Shown here one piece after another: positions 62,876 through 64,000 of a stretch of DNA of 64,000 nt; position 1 is the first letter of the stretch; each line of letters opens with the position of its first letter. The stretch is taken from assembly GCF_006345805.1 (NCBI RefSeq), contig NC_043005.1, positions 49,786,001-49,850,000 on the forward strand, in the 5' to 3' direction. The DNA is from Octopus sinensis (Eukaryota). The notes beneath the pieces were generated by a model. It was not told the DNA's origin and ran no database searches. It saw only the letters and a list, made by a program, of their open reading frames with translations. The position numbers and the translations under genes were made by a program.

Positions 62876-63648
62876 GGGATCTTTTCCTTTTGAACGGCAC
62901 TTTTCAACACAATTTCTAGTTAACTAAACACTTTTAAACTTCGTATACTGGTAGAATGTGTCAAAATAAAACATTTTTTTCTTTTATGTCTTTTGAGAAA
63001 ATTGTAATTTGTAAGTTTGACGTAGTTTAATTTTTCGAATTTTAACCAATCCTATGCCCTCTATTTAGCTAAAATCATTTGCTGCGTCTAAAACTGAGAC
63101 AACATCCTGTCACTAACTTTAACTCTAACCCTAACCATAACCCTAACCCTAAATTTTAGCCTTTCGTTTTTTTTCTTAATTGTTAAATTAATTTAAATGT
63201 TATGCGTGTGTCTAAAATTATTCGTTTTGTTTTTGTTTTAAGTTTTTGCTTTCGTTTTAGCCTTTCATTTTTTTTTCTTAATTGTTAAATTAAAATTATT
63301 TTCCATTGCTTTCGTTTTTTTTTTATTAATTGTTATCCTTAAATTAATTTAACAATTAAGAAAAAAAAAAACGAAAGGCTAAAATTTAGGGTTAGGGTGA
63401 GGATTAGGGTTAGTGACAGGATGTTGTCTGTTTTAGACGCAGCAAATGATTTTAGCTAAATAGAGGGCATAGGATTGGTTAAAATTCGAAAAATTAAACT
63501 ACGTTAAATAAACAAATTACAATTTTATCAAGAAAGCCAAGAGAAAAAAATGTTTTATTTTGACACATTCTACCAGTATACGAAGTTTAAAAGTGTTTAG
63601 TTAACTAGAAATTGTGTTGAAAAGTGCCGTTCAAAAGGAAAAGATCCC
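62876..63648. mobile_element. About 770 bp foldback element with ~330 bp arms containing TTAGGG-like tracts
   Basis: gggatcttttccttttgaacggcacttttcaacac..ctaaccctaaattttagcctttcg is mirrored almost perfectly on the right. Confidence 0.9.
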
Positions 63649-64000
63649 AGTTGTGTATGTGTGTGTACAAATTTTGCCGGTATATACACTTCGGCGAGAA
63701 AATCTCTAATTGGTGTTTGCAAAAAAAAGACGGGAAAAAAAAACGTTTGTTATTTACTTCTAATCGGTTTGCACAGACAACCCCATCCTTCGTATTCGTT
63801 ACAAAAAGTGCAGAGCACCCAATGATCGATCGGTTCGAAATGAGTAAACAGCGAAGCTATTAGTCACAAGACGTAATGTGAAATAAATAATGTATGTGTA
63901 CGAGTATGGGTGGTTGTGTGTGTATGTGTGTGAAATAGACAGAAGAGAGAAAGACAGACAATGAGAGACCAGAGAAAGAAAGAAACCTATCGTGGTAGGG

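Noticed and set aside
1-64000. CRISPR arrays, intact tRNA/rRNA genes, prokaryotic operons
   Set aside because: No regularly spaced repeat-spacer array is visible. tRNA-like A/B boxes belong to SINE heads, and the only rRNA-like sequence is a decayed 5S copy.

Overview
This is AT-rich animal genomic DNA, most likely from an octopus. That assignment is an inference from my recollection of the octopus OK/OR-type tRNA CORE-SINEs, the RTE LINE tails and the dense (TA)n/(CA)n/(TATG)n microsatellites. The window is mostly intronic or intergenic and filled with repeats: three tRNA-SINE families; CR1-, RTE-, R4/Dong- and Penelope-type retroelement remnants; Tc1/mariner fossils; piggyBac (TTAA) and hAT MITEs; Helitron-like elements; many long foldback palindromes; and a 5S rRNA pseudogene. 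No intact long ORF and no CRISPR array is present, and most ORF-track entries are microsatellite or SINE artefacts. The best host-gene evidence is a minus-strand signal-peptide exon at 29358-29479, with phase-compatible candidate exons at 16.7 kb and 11.0 kb. A second cluster of minus-strand candidate exons lies at 58.9-62.3 kb. By eye, CpG content suggests two methylated gene-body domains separated by an unmethylated island at about 19.5-39 kb. The most interesting signals are minimal hammerhead-ribozyme motifs in Penelope-like remnants, apparent (CATA)n targeting by an R4/Dong element, a triple-C2H2 fragment and a 5S-plus-tRNA-SINE juxtaposition. Repeat boundaries were placed by eye and are approximate.
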